Notes: generated by a model not told the origin, from the letters alone. Positions 17,382 to 27,144 are shown, counted from the stretch's first letter. The stretch is 64,000 nucleotides of DNA from an uncultured Leptospirales bacterium (GCA_964534225.1 CAZHNW010000004.1:13135-77134), one strand, 5' to 3'. Numbers and translations are program-made.

Positions 17382-18513
17382 CCACAATAAAATATTTTTT
17401 TTGTTTTTACTTCTTTTAATCACACAACTGCAGGGGCCCGCAGCCTTCGCAGAGGAGACTCCGCTTCTCTTCGGTGAAAAGAGCCGCCTTTTCCATGGTG
17501 AAAAAAAACAGGTTGCCGTGTTGACCAGGGAGGGGCTTCGTACGGTTTCCCTTCCTGGCGGGCTCCGTGCCGCCATGCTCAGGAAAAACAGTCTCTGCTA
17601 CCTGCGCATCGATAAAGACGGGCAGAAAGAACCTGAAAATACTGAAGATGCCGAAGAGAAAGAAACGCCCCGTTTCCGGCTCATGGCGGGTCTTCTTCGT
17701 CTCGATGAAGAGTCAAAGGCTGTTGAGTGGCCCCTCGCAGGTGTTGCGGCTCAGAGTGTTATTAAAAAAATTGATTTTTACCGCGGCGTTTTTTTTCTCC
17801 TGTACGAAAAAGAAAAGAGAGATGAGGCGGGGGGAAGTTTACAGCTTCTTCGCCTCAATTTCAACACCGGTGCAGTGAATACCTGTGACTCCGCCGTTGA
17901 TTTTCTGCTTCACCGCGGCAGTATGCTCGTTCTCGAGGGATGCCCTGATGCCTGCCGTGTCAATGTCAACGGCAGGCATGTACCCCTGACCCTGCGGGGA
18001 AAAGCGGCATTGCAGGAAGTAATTGACGGGCGCCTTCTTTTTGTCAGGGGAAGAGATGAAACCGAAGTCATTGACCTGGGTGCCATGAAAAATATTTACC
18101 GCTACGGAGAAAACAGAGTCCCTGTTGAACCAGGTGAAGAAAATCTTGTTGTCGTGGTAAAGGACGCGAATGTCAGCGAAAAGCAGAAAGAGGAACTTGT
18201 CTTTTACAAGGTTTTTATTGACGGCCGTGAAATGGGGAGAACCGAAACAGGCCCCGCTCCCCTTGAAAAAAAGATGCAAACCGGCGCAGGGCAGGGTGCA
18301 TGGCATATCCTGCGCCTTGAACGCTGGGAGCTTCACCGGCAGCGACGTCGGTACCAGCGTGCCAACAACATTGTTCAGCCCCGGCCGAGCAGAATTTATC
18401 TTCCCACCGGGCGCCTTATCCGGGTCTCCGTCATCTTTGATGGAAAAGAGCACAGTATTGCCACTGAAACAGTGATGAAAGAGGCTGCAACGGATTCTTC
18501 AGCAGGTGAGTAG
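17311..18513 (+). CDS. Hypothetical secreted protein (start uncertain; overlaps the decarboxylase 3' end)
   Basis: Signal peptide KIFFLFLLLLITQLQGPAAFA followed by a 350-aa mixed-charge domain with no recognisable motifs. The long antisense ORF 17839..18453 was judged spurious. Confidence 0.45.
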   Translation: MNNRTDSVLKFTGQSLKTALTGFNHNKIFFLFLLLLITQLQGPAAFAEETPLLFGEKSRLFHGEKKQVAVLTREGLRTVSLPGGLRAAMLRKNSLCYLRIDKDGQKEPENTEDAEEKETPRFRLMAGLLRLDEESKAVEWPLAGVAAQSVIKKIDFYRGVFFLLYEKEKRDEAGGSLQLLRLNFNTGAVNTCDSAVDFLLHRGSMLVLEGCPDACRVNVNGRHVPLTLRGKAALQEVIDGRLLFVRGRDETEVIDLGAMKNIYRYGENRVPVEPGEENLVVVVKDANVSEKQKEELVFYKVFIDGREMGRTETGPAPLEKKMQTGAGQGAWHILRLERWELHRQRRRYQRANNIVQPRPSRIYLPTGRLIRVSVIFDGKEHSIATETVMKEAATDSSAGE

Positions 18514-18584
18514 CCGACCGGCACCTGCATTGCCGTGATGCGGGAGGTGTGACTTCCCCCCAACCCCGAACATGCCCTGCATTT

Positions 18585-19250
18585 TTATGCTGGAAGTATA
18601 TGAAAAAAGAAACAGAAAAAATGACTGATACTGCCCGCGAGAACAAAGAGGTGCCACAGGCCGTGATGAAAGGGGAGTTTTTCCCAGAGAAAGAAAATTG
18701 TCCCGATGCTGTAGGCACCGCCGCCGATAAAAAGCCAGGCGATTGACATGGGGGAGAGGTAGGTCAGTACCGGGTATGAAAAGAAAACGATGATCCACCC
18801 CATGAAGAGATAGATAAGGGTTGAGACAACTTCGAACCTTCCGACAAATTTCAGCTTAAAGAATATTCCCGCCACGGCACATCCCCAGAGAACACCGAAG
18901 AGTGACCATCCCCAGGGGCCCTGCACGGCTATGAGCATAATGGGCGTGTATGACCCGGCAATGAGCAGATAAATGGATGAATGGTCCATGAGCTGAAAGA
19001 ATTTTTTCAGCTTTTCCTGTTTCACCAGGTGGTAGACCGTTGACATCCCGTAGAGAACGATGAGGCTTGCCCCGTAAATTGAAAAGGAGACGACCTTTAT
19101 GGCGCTGCCTTCAAGGGCTGCATAAATCACCAGGAGAACAAGGGCGGTAATGGCCAGGCCTGTTCCGATGCCATGGGTTATGGTGTTGATGATTTCTTCT
19201 GTTTTTGTCTGGTTGCTGTAGGGGTTTCGTGCTTTGAGGCTGTATTCCAT
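18585..19250 (-). CDS. Hemolysin-III / PAQR family membrane protein
   Basis: Seven predicted TM helices. N-terminal TITHGIG and C-terminal HxxxH-type motif (HGLWHLFVLAGSISHFF). Confidence 0.8.
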   Translation of the reverse strand: MEYSLKARNPYSNQTKTEEIINTITHGIGTGLAITALVLLVIYAALEGSAIKVVSFSIYGASLIVLYGMSTVYHLVKQEKLKKFFQLMDHSSIYLLIAGSYTPIMLIAVQGPWGWSLFGVLWGCAVAGIFFKLKFVGRFEVVSTLIYLFMGWIIVFFSYPVLTYLSPMSIAWLFIGGGAYSIGTIFFLWEKLPFHHGLWHLFVLAGSISHFFCFFFHILPA

Positions 19251-19492
19251 GAGTAAATTATTCCGTTTAAGTTATTCTGTTTGTGTATCTATAGAGAGAA
19301 AAAGGTCCGGTTGGGTTGCAAAAAAATGATTATAAAAATTTTTTCTGTAGCGTCAGTTCTTAATATAGCAAATATAGAAATAATTTTTCTTTTCATTTTT
19401 TGATGAAATTTGGTGAAAAGGACGCCCCTTTGGTTTATATTTGCAGGGTAAACATAACTGTCAATATGCGATAATAAGGTGGGGGGCGCTAA

Positions 19493-20776
19493 ATGAAGGT
19501 TATTAATTCTTTTTGCCTTTCTTTTGTGGCGGTAATCAGTACGGTAGTTCTCATGACAGCCTGTTTTGATTCTTCAGCAGGAAGTGCCCGTGTGACGGTA
19601 AATTTCGGCCCGGTGCCGGTTGAAGATGCCGGCAGGGCGGCGGCGCCTTCAGGGGTCACAGGGATTACCCTGACGGTTGAGGCTGATGACATGGAGACTG
19701 TTTCTGAAACAGTTCCAATGGAAACTGGAAGCCTTACCCTTTATCTGCCGGCAGGAAGTTCGCGATATTTTTCCGTTATCGCCCGTGGCAGTGGTACAAT
19801 CACTGAGTATCGAGGAGAGACAACCGCTGATCTCATTGCGGGGGAGGCCCGGGATATCAGCCTGCAGATGAGGGTTACCGATACAAAGATCGTTATTCCC
19901 GATTTTCGCTCATCAGGTGGCAGACTTGTTCAGATCGATGACATGGACGGCAATGGATGGCAGGTGCTGGATGGTGATGGTATTCTCTTTAGTGGTACCC
20001 CGCTGGGGGCAATGCCTTTTAAACCTTATGATACAGCAATTGATAATAAAGGGAGAATTTTTATTGCCAACAATTACGGTGGTTCAGGCGATGTTAATAA
20101 CTGTATCATTCGCATTGATAATATAGCCGGTGATAACGCAGTACGGTCTTCGTCAACGGGCTATGATTATGGGCCCGTGGCGCTTGATTTTGATGAAGAA
20201 AATAACATTCTCTATTATTGTGTCAATCTTTCAGATGTTTCCGTAGTCTATCGCGTTGATCCTGAAACCTTCAGTGAAATCGATAACTTCCTGGTTACCA
20301 ATATGCCTGTCAGGGGCATTTCTGTTGAAGGGGAGAGTATCTATATTACTCACGGCCAGGATGTGGGGCAGTATGTTTCACGGTATGACAGCGCCGGGAA
20401 TTTGCTTGGGCAATATGGTGGTGATGGGTCCATAATGGATAACTGGGATGTCCTGGTAAAAAATGATGCCGTTTTTATGACCAATGCTTCAGGTGACGCA
20501 GGACACAGGATTCTTGAATTTGACAGGGAGCTGACAACTCTCAATGGAAATATCGGGACCTATAATGCGGCGCCCACTGTGGTTGGTGAAGTTATGTTCC
20601 CCAAGGTTTTTGTGGGCAAGCGAAGATCCGGCCTTTACATTCTTGATGATCATCACAGCAGTGACAGTGAGGACCGTGTTCTCTTTATGCGGGATATTGA
20701 AGGTAATGGCTGGGATTCATTCAGACCCGGGGATATCGGAGAGTTGTATTTTCAGCTTTTCCAGGCGGGGGTATGA
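19493..20776 (+). CDS. Lipoprotein with beta-propeller-like (NHL/YVTN-type) repeats
   Basis: Lipobox VLMTAC. Recurrent blades such as GRIFIANNYGG and LYYCVNLSDVSVVYRVD. Confidence 0.5.
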   Translation: MKVINSFCLSFVAVISTVVLMTACFDSSAGSARVTVNFGPVPVEDAGRAAAPSGVTGITLTVEADDMETVSETVPMETGSLTLYLPAGSSRYFSVIARGSGTITEYRGETTADLIAGEARDISLQMRVTDTKIVIPDFRSSGGRLVQIDDMDGNGWQVLDGDGILFSGTPLGAMPFKPYDTAIDNKGRIFIANNYGGSGDVNNCIIRIDNIAGDNAVRSSSTGYDYGPVALDFDEENNILYYCVNLSDVSVVYRVDPETFSEIDNFLVTNMPVRGISVEGESIYITHGQDVGQYVSRYDSAGNLLGQYGGDGSIMDNWDVLVKNDAVFMTNASGDAGHRILEFDRELTTLNGNIGTYNAAPTVVGEVMFPKVFVGKRRSGLYILDDHHSSDSEDRVLFMRDIEGNGWDSFRPGDIGELYFQLFQAGV

Positions 20777-21183
20777 TATATCTTTTTCGGTTGAGCCTTG
20801 CGGCAGGTTTTTATTAAAAAATGTGATTACCAGGTAGGGATGTCTCCCCAGAGTTTCCCTGTTTTTGTCATCATGCCCTGAGCCTGGTCAGGCATGTAAT
20901 ATAAGCTTTTTCCTCCCGGAACCATGGCAGCAATTCCGCCGGGGGCTTACTTTTTTGACGGCAAAAAAGTAAGCAAAAAGCCGCTCGGCCAGCGCTGTTT
21001 AAAACCTCCTGTTTTGCGCTGGCATTCGATCATCCTGTTCAGCACTCATACGGCGGAGGGCCTTGCCGTTCACACGCCACGGGGTCTTAACTGTATGCAA
21101 AATAAATTTTCGGCTCTTATTTATCTCTGATAAAATTTACTGGCGGGTCTTCTCAGCTTTCAAGAAACCGGTTCTATGCGGGC

Positions 21184-21260
21184 TCGAAAGTAGTCCTCCG
21201 GACTGCCGAGCCCGGTGAACTTTTCATGCGGACAGTCATTTTATCATATTTTTTATGGAG
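21184..21260 (+). repeat. Repeat module A1: GC hairpin (gggctcg…cgagccc) followed by a conserved 44-nt block gaacttttcatgcggacagtcattttatcatattttttatggag
   Basis: The same architecture recurs at 23290..23373 (39 of 44 nt identical). Confidence 0.7.
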
Positions 21261-21502
21261 TTGATAAAAATTAAAAAAGCTTTACATGCCTGTTGCTTTT
21301 TGTCAGTATTTTCTGTAACCGGCAATGTTGTTGAATTTTTTTTTGACAGACCTGGTGCCGGTTGTAGAAGTTTTGTTCCTCGAAGTTAATCCTGTGGATA
21401 ATAGTGAAGATGTACTGAGTGAATACAGTAATGAAAAATGTGGTAGACTTTAAAATAATTTTAAAATAAAATTACCTTAATAATAAATATCAGGGGAAGC
21501 GG

Positions 21503-23053
21503 TTGAATTTTTCATTAAAAAAGTATTTTTTATCTGCCTACAGCAACAGTTCCCATATGCTGCAGCAAAGAACACTGGTTTTTATGTGGATGCAGCTTGT
21601 CTTTATAGGGCTTTTGCTGTTTTCGGTTTTGAGTACTAATATTTTTTCTCCCCATGTGGCAACGGTAAAGTATAATGTCAGTTTCGCTATTATTGTTGCC
21701 ATGTTCGTTGTTGCTCTCTTTGTCCTTAAAACCGGGAAGTATATCGTTTCCATGTATATGGGGCTAATGTTTCCCCTGCTGCTTGTTTTTTACCAGGCAT
21801 TGATTGTTCCCACGGCGGTAGGGAAGTATATTTACCTGCTTTATTTTATGCTTTTTATTGTCATGGCCGCTCTCTACGGGAACCGGTGGACAATTATTGT
21901 TACCACGATTTTTGTAATTATTCTTGCGAATATTACATTATTCCATGCGGCGAAACTGCTGGGTGAACAGTTCAGGATCACAGTTGCCCATTTTACAATT
22001 GTCACTTCTTTTGTCTCCGCCCTGAGCCTCCTTATTTATAAAATAGTTAACGCCACAGTTAAAGAAACCAATAACAGCAAGTTAACAATTGTCGAACAAC
22101 TTGAAAATATCAGCACTATTCTTGAAACCTGTACGTCTGTATCGCGTACTCTTGAGGAGACCACAGATGGTCTTTCTTCCAGTGCCTCAGGGTTCTCAGA
22201 CAATGCCCAGGCCCAGGCAGCCAGTGTCGAAGAGATTACTTCAACACTTGAAGAAATTCAGGCCTCATCAGAATCAACAGTATTATTGACACAGGGGCAA
22301 AAAGACCGTATCACCATTCTCATTGATAACCTGAAAAGAATGTATGAACTCATTACCCGGAGCAGGGACCGGATGTCGAGCGCACTTGAGCTGAAAGAAA
22401 AGCTCGATCAGCGAATCAATGATGTTAACAGTGATATATCTGAAAGCCTGGTGGCCATGAAAACAGCCCTTGAAAGCAGTGAAAAAGTCAATGATGCCAC
22501 GGCACTGATAAATGACGTATCGGATCAGATCAATCTTCTCTCGCTCAATGCCTCGATCGAAGCGGCAAGGGCAGGGGAACATGGCAGGGGCTTTGCCGTT
22601 GTGGCAGATGAGGTAAGCAAGCTCGCCGAACAGACCCAGGTCAACGCCAAAGAGATCACGAGTCTTGTCTCTGCTACAAACGCACAGCTCTCAGCGACAA
22701 GCCTGGCTCTTGAAAATGTTAACAGGGCAACAAAAGATGTTCTCCAGTATGCTGCAGATTTTGGCAATTATGTAATAGAAGTAAACGCTATCTCCAGTGA
22801 AGACCTGAATGTTAACGAACAGGTACAGGGGAACGTTCAAAAGGTTATGGAGGGGGCTGAAGAAATCGCCATCTCAATGGATGATTTGAAAAATGCCATT
22901 CAGGAGATAACAAATTCCATCGGTATTATAAATGAATCAACTCAGGACCTTGCCTCAGGAGCGGAACAGTTATCAAGTGCTTCACAGAATATTTCTTTTT
23001 CTGCAAAGGATTTACAGGATCTGCTGGCTGGTAATCCAGATAAGGAATCCTGA
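21503..23053 (+). CDS. Methyl-accepting chemotaxis protein with a multi-TM N-terminal sensor
   Basis: Highly conserved MCP signalling domain ([37 protein letters not shown]), about six N-terminal TM helices, methylation-heptad region. Confidence 0.85.
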   Translation: MNFSLKKYFLSAYSNSSHMLQQRTLVFMWMQLVFIGLLLFSVLSTNIFSPHVATVKYNVSFAIIVAMFVVALFVLKTGKYIVSMYMGLMFPLLLVFYQALIVPTAVGKYIYLLYFMLFIVMAALYGNRWTIIVTTIFVIILANITLFHAAKLLGEQFRITVAHFTIVTSFVSALSLLIYKIVNATVKETNNSKLTIVEQLENISTILETCTSVSRTLEETTDGLSSSASGFSDNAQAQAASVEEITSTLEEIQASSESTVLLTQGQKDRITILIDNLKRMYELITRSRDRMSSALELKEKLDQRINDVNSDISESLVAMKTALESSEKVNDATALINDVSDQINLLSLNASIEAARAGEHGRGFAVVADEVSKLAEQTQVNAKEITSLVSATNAQLSATSLALENVNRATKDVLQYAADFGNYVIEVNAISSEDLNVNEQVQGNVQKVMEGAEEIAISMDDLKNAIQEITNSIGIINESTQDLASGAEQLSSASQNISFSAKDLQDLLAGNPDKES

Positions 23054-23113
23054 ACATTACGCGGGGCTGGGATGGCATAAAATTTCAATGGATTCTTTCA
23101 GGGGACATCCCGT

Positions 23114-23147
23114 TACCGTTATGGAGATATCCCTCTGAAATTTAATT
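23114..23147 (+). repeat. Direct repeat B1 (taccgttatggagatatccctctgaaatttaatt)
   Basis: 33 of 34 nt identical to 24493..24526. Both copies are followed by a cagggggg motif. Confidence 0.8.
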
Positions 23148-23289
23148 CCAGGGGGCAGCTCTGTGTTAAAAATTAAAAATGGGAGTGTCTAAAAGGGTAT
23201 TCCCCTTTTTTCTGGGGTAATCTCCCGGCGAGCCGGGACTTAACATATTAAGAATGTAATCAAAGGCGTTTGACTTCATCCCCCTCCCG

Positions 23290-23373
23290 GCCCCCTTCTC
23301 CTCAAGGAGAAGGGGGGGGTGTGACCGGGGAACTTTTCATGCAGGCAGTTACCCTATCATATTTTTTATGGAG
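23290..23373 (+). repeat. Repeat module A2: strong hairpin (ccccttctcc tcaa ggagaagggg) followed by 44-nt block gaacttttcatgcaggcagttaccctatcatattttttatggag
   Basis: Copy of module A1. The hairpin probably also terminates the chemotaxis receptor transcript. Confidence 0.7.
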
Positions 23374-23406
23374 GCATGTACTGGTTATTATCAAGTACGC
23401 TTTACT

Positions 23407-23769
23407 CTATTTAGAGAGGCTCAGTGGTCTGATGCGGATGTTCTTTGTAGAAATGACAGTAAATGAACCTTTTAGTTCCTGTTCATGTTGCTTGATGGCC
23501 TGGGCAACGATGCTGGCCTTTTCCAGATTGGTAGAATTTGTCAGTCTTATGAGAATCACACCGGTTGAAATCATCTGTTTTCTGTAAACCAGTTCACCAA
23601 AGTCTGTATCGATAGTAAGCAGGATGGCATCTTTTCGGCTGGCCAGTTCAAGCACTTCATTGTCAGGTATACCCCGATCCATTTCCTGGATAAACCAGAT
23701 TGTATGGCCGGCTTCTCTTAGATGTTTTACAATTATATTATCAATACATTCATCCGCAAGGAAGATCAC
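23407..23769 (-). CDS. DUF5615 (PIN-like / Mut7-C fold) putative toxin
   Basis: MIFLADECIDNIIVKHLREAGH…ILLTIDTDFGELV matches the DUF5615 pattern. The start overlaps the stop of the upstream DUF433 gene by 4 nt. Confidence 0.65.
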   Translation of the reverse strand: MIFLADECIDNIIVKHLREAGHTIWFIQEMDRGIPDNEVLELASRKDAILLTIDTDFGELVYRKQMISTGVILIRLTNSTNLEKASIVAQAIKQHEQELKGSFTVISTKNIRIRPLSLSK

Positions 23770-24002
23770 GCAACATCTCCCTCTGTAGGATAAATAACAT
23801 CTGCCTTGAGGGCTTTCGCGGCGAATACAAGAGCAGCGCGAATTGATTCGTGTGACAGGTGGGGATATGCTTCAAGAATTTGTTCTATGGTTTCATTGTT
23901 GCCTAATCTTTCCAGAATGTTTTCTACTGTGATTCGGGTTCCTTTGATAACAGGTTTTCCCATCATTATATCCGGGTCTGATACAATAAATTCGGTATGC
24001 AT
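23766..24002 (-). CDS. DUF433 putative antitoxin
   Basis: The MMGKPVIKGTRITVENILERL motif is typical of DUF433. It is upstream of, and overlaps, its DUF5615 partner. Confidence 0.7.
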   Translation of the reverse strand: MHTEFIVSDPDIMMGKPVIKGTRITVENILERLGNNETIEQILEAYPHLSHESIRAALVFAAKALKADVIYPTEGDVA

Positions 24003-24170
24003 ATTGCCTCCGGGAGATATGAATGAAATTCAATATAGATAGTTTAAACCGTTTCGTCAACCTTTTTCACATTTTAAAAAACTCCTGCCGATCCTGGCGG
24101 TCGCTCTTTGTCCTCCGTGGAGTCTCAGGTAATGAACTGGTTTTATGCAGGTGAATTTACTGTAAAAAAA

Positions 24171-24461
24171 TCATACCGCAATTTTCATAGATGAACTAAG
24201 AAGCAAATGCGGGACACTGATATCTTCATCCAGTTCATCCCAGTGAAGGCCAGGGCCACCGCCACTCATTTCAAAGTTTTTTCTCTGCTCAGGTGTTGCT
24301 TTCTTTAGCCGGGGAAAATACGCAAAAGGTACAGCCAATTGACGGCCGTCAGTAAATAATATCCACATATTATCATTGTCAAACCATACTTTTTGAGCTC
24401 GTACATCATCAATTGAAGAATTCATTCCATTTCTCCATTTTATATAATATATCAGATTCAC
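24171..24461 (-). CDS. DUF2442 domain protein
   Basis: …VWFDNDNMWILFTDGRQLAVPFAYFPRL…GLHWDELDEDISVPHLL matches the DUF2442 signature (hWdelDeDisv). Confidence 0.6.
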   Translation of the reverse strand: MNLIYYIKWRNGMNSSIDDVRAQKVWFDNDNMWILFTDGRQLAVPFAYFPRLKKATPEQRKNFEMSGGGPGLHWDELDEDISVPHLLLSSSMKIAV

Positions 24462-24492
24462 ACCAAATGTAAATAAATCAAGACTTTTTCTT

Positions 24493-24526
24493 TACCGTTA
24501 TGGGGATATCCCTCTGAAATTTAATT
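24493..24526 (+). repeat. Direct repeat B2 (taccgttatggggatatccctctgaaatttaatt)
   Basis: Copy of B1, 1.38 kb downstream. Confidence 0.8.
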
Positions 24527-24692
24527 TTGGTCAGGGGGGAGTGAGGGTATCACCAGTTAAGACATTAGTGCATTGATTTAGTATTCAATAAAAGCCTGCT
24601 GTTGATATCAGATATAGAAAAGCTCCAAGCACTAACAAAAAAGCCGACCGTATTTCCTGGCGTCTTTTTTGTTAGTGAAAAATTTATTTCTA

Positions 24693-25583
24693 TCAGTTGA
24701 AATCGTTGATTCTTTCGCTTTTCTTCTCGTTCTGCTGAACGATTTCCTGGAGCTGTTTGTAGTGGGGTGAATCGACACCGTACTTGAGTTCAACCGCCTG
24801 GAGCATGCTGCGGTTCTTCTTGTTGCGGTACTGCATGATTTCATCTTCGGTGGCGTGCTTGTACTTGGTCAGGACTGCTTCCATGTAGCCATAGCAGCTT
24901 GCCAGGTACTTGTGCGCCCAGACATCGTTCTTGTTTTTTTCTGAAAGTGCAAGGTACCTTTCAAGGATGGGAATACAGGGCTTGAAGTTGTTCAGGTCAT
25001 ACTGTGTCGAAACATAGACCTGGTAGAGGCGTGACTGAAAGTTTAGAAATTTCGGGTCCTTACGTACGTCAACATTATGTACCTCATCAAGGTACTTGAT
25101 GGATTTTGTAAAGTAGGTGATGGCCTTCATCTTCGCTTCATATTTCTGCTTCGCGATTCGGCGCTGTTCCTGGTTCTTGCGGTCGATTTCCTGCCAGTAC
25201 CAGCGTTCGTTAAGGTTTTTTTTCTTTTTATTTTTTTCGATCATGCGGACCAGTTCATTTTCCATGTCCTCGAGGATGTCAAGGCCCGTTGAATACTCGT
25301 CTATGGCAAGTTTTAAGAGGTTTTCTGAATACTCCTTGTTCAGTTTTTCCAGTTCCCTTATGGCCCTGACATAGGGCTGAAAGTCGCGGATACGCCATCC
25401 TGTATTGTCAGGTTTTATCTTATCGTTTTTCGTGACCGTTTTATTGGGATCGGCCTTGTCAGCCGGCTGGTTCTGGGCTGTCGCACTTCCCGCAAATATC
25501 AATAGAGAGGCTATACTCAGGAGAGCATTTCTGAGGAATTTGTTTTCTTTTTGCCGTACCATAGGTGTCCCCTTGTAATTCAT
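24693..25583 (-). CDS. Hypothetical secreted protein (helical, Lys/Glu-rich)
   Basis: Signal peptide (…LLSIASLLIFAGSATAQ) followed by a charged helical sequence with no known motifs. Confidence 0.45.
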   Translation of the reverse strand: MNYKGTPMVRQKENKFLRNALLSIASLLIFAGSATAQNQPADKADPNKTVTKNDKIKPDNTGWRIRDFQPYVRAIRELEKLNKEYSENLLKLAIDEYSTGLDILEDMENELVRMIEKNKKKKNLNERWYWQEIDRKNQEQRRIAKQKYEAKMKAITYFTKSIKYLDEVHNVDVRKDPKFLNFQSRLYQVYVSTQYDLNNFKPCIPILERYLALSEKNKNDVWAHKYLASCYGYMEAVLTKYKHATEDEIMQYRNKKNRSMLQAVELKYGVDSPHYKQLQEIVQQNEKKSERINDFN

Positions 25584-25881
25584 AGTATACTACGTTTTAA
25601 ATATCGGCAGTGAACAGGAGAATGTTGAAAAAAAAATTATTTTCCTCCTCTTCAGCGCTGTTTTTCTCTGCCGGGAGGCTTCTACTTCCCCCCCCCTGAA
25701 AAGAAAATATACTGAATTTGCCGGGTTCAGGCAATTGCCGCCCCGCTTTACGGGGAAAAAAGGGCCTTTCCGGGATTTTTTGTTAAGGGTATGGGGGGAA
25801 GTTTTAACATTCAGTATTTTTATTGACAGGTTCGCTTTCCTGGGCCTTTGTAACAGGTAACCTGAAAAACCGGATACCCCT

Positions 25882-26697
25882 ATGACCGAAAAAACGCCAA
25901 AACCAAAAGAGAAACCATCCTGTGCCTATTGCGGCGACAGCGGCATTATTCACCCCGACCATTTCATGGAACTGGGTGAAGATCCACTGGTGCCCTGTCC
26001 CCGCTGTGTCATCCCCCGGTGTAAGTGCGGGGGGGAAGAACCCTATTTTTACCGTGAAGGGGGAAGAATCATCGACTGCCCCTGCAGGCCCACGCGTATG
26101 AGAATCGATCGTGTAAAGAAAATTTATAACCATTCCGGTATTGACCGTAAGTTTCAGTGGAAGTACCTGGGCGACTATGATGCGTCGCGCAGTAAAATGG
26201 CAAATGACGCCAAGATGGCAGCCTACGATATAATTAATAAATTTCCTGATGTAAAAAAGGGGCTTTTTTTCTGGGGGAATCCCGGTACAGGTAAGACTCT
26301 GCTTTCATCCATTATTCTCACTGAACTGATTACCCGCTATACCGTGGAGGGGCGTTTTATCAAGATATCCCGTGATTTTTTCAGCCGCCTCAAGGCAACT
26401 TTCAACGAGGCCTCAAGTTCATACGGGCAGTCCCACGCCATTGAAAAAGAACTGGCTGAAGTTGACGTTCTCATCGTCGATGATTTTGGTGTGCAGCGTG
26501 ATTCTCCCTGGGAGCAGGAGACCCTTTACAACCTGGTGGATGCCCGCTACGAGGCTGAAAAGTTCACCATATTTACCTCGAACTACGACCCGGTTAAAAC
26601 ATTCAGGGAACTCTCCGCGGGGCGTATCCTTTCCCGTCTCAGGGAGATGTGCCGCATCATGGAACTGACCGGAGAGGATTACCGGGAAAGCCTTTAG
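25882..26697 (+). CDS. DnaC/IstB-family AAA+ ATPase with an N-terminal Cys-rich zinc-ribbon region
   Basis: Walker A GNPGTGKTLL, Walker B VLIVDDFG, and a sensor region typical of DnaC/IstB (YNLVDARYEAEKFTIFTSN). N-terminal CAYCGDSG…CPRC…CKCGG…CPC. Confidence 0.7.
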   Translation: MTEKTPKPKEKPSCAYCGDSGIIHPDHFMELGEDPLVPCPRCVIPRCKCGGEEPYFYREGGRIIDCPCRPTRMRIDRVKKIYNHSGIDRKFQWKYLGDYDASRSKMANDAKMAAYDIINKFPDVKKGLFFWGNPGTGKTLLSSIILTELITRYTVEGRFIKISRDFFSRLKATFNEASSSYGQSHAIEKELAEVDVLIVDDFGVQRDSPWEQETLYNLVDARYEAEKFTIFTSNYDPVKTFRELSAGRILSRLREMCRIMELTGEDYRESL

Positions 26698-27144
26698 ATG
26701 GCCCGTGTCTTTATCGCCCTGGGAACGAACCTGGGGGAGAGAGAAGATAATCTTGCCGGGGCGATCACATATCTTCAGAATAGTGGGGGTCTGGAAGTTG
26801 CCGCGAAGAGTACTGTCCTGGAAACCGCGCCGGTGGATTATTTTGATCAGCCTGATTTTTTCAACCAGATGCTGATAGTGGAGACTGAACTTCCCCCCCG
26901 TGACCTTCTTCGCCTTTTAAAGGGGATCGAGGCCCGCATGGGAAGAAAAAAGACGATTCCTAAGGGCCCTCGTCTTATCGACCTGGATATTATTCTTTAT
27001 GATGACTGTATCATGGAGAGTGAAGATCTCACCATTCCCCATCCCCGGCGTCTTGAACGGGATTTTATTGTAAAGCATCTCGTGGAACTTGACCCGGAAC
27101 TGCGGGACCCCGTGGAGGGGAAAATATTTCGGGAATATTTATAA
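26698..27144 (+). CDS. folK: 2-amino-4-hydroxy-6-hydroxymethyldihydropteridine pyrophosphokinase (HPPK)
   Basis: VFIALGTNLG…GPRLIDLDIILYDD…TIPHPRRLERDFIVKHLVELDP matches HPPK. Its ATG abuts the TAG stop of the preceding gene. Confidence 0.85.
   Translation: MARVFIALGTNLGEREDNLAGAITYLQNSGGLEVAAKSTVLETAPVDYFDQPDFFNQMLIVETELPPRDLLRLLKGIEARMGRKKTIPKGPRLIDLDIILYDDCIMESEDLTIPHPRRLERDFIVKHLVELDPELRDPVEGKIFREYL

Noticed and set aside
17839-18453. 204-aa minus-strand ORF overlapping the 17311..18513 plus-strand ORF
   Set aside because: The plus-strand frame carries a signal peptide and is longer. The two are mutually exclusive, but neither has a motif, so confidence in the plus call is only moderate.
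21217-21255. 12-aa peptide MRTVILSYFLWS encoded in the 44-nt repeat module as a real leader peptide
   Set aside because: There is no Shine-Dalgarno upstream. Of five codon differences between the two copies, only two are synonymous, so there is no evidence of purifying selection. More likely a non-coding repeat.
25882-26697. Possible IS21-family IstB helper (mobile element)
   Set aside because: There is no IstA transposase, no terminal inverted repeats and no target duplication visible. The N-terminal zinc-ribbon and the folK coupling argue for a chromosomal DnaC-like gene.
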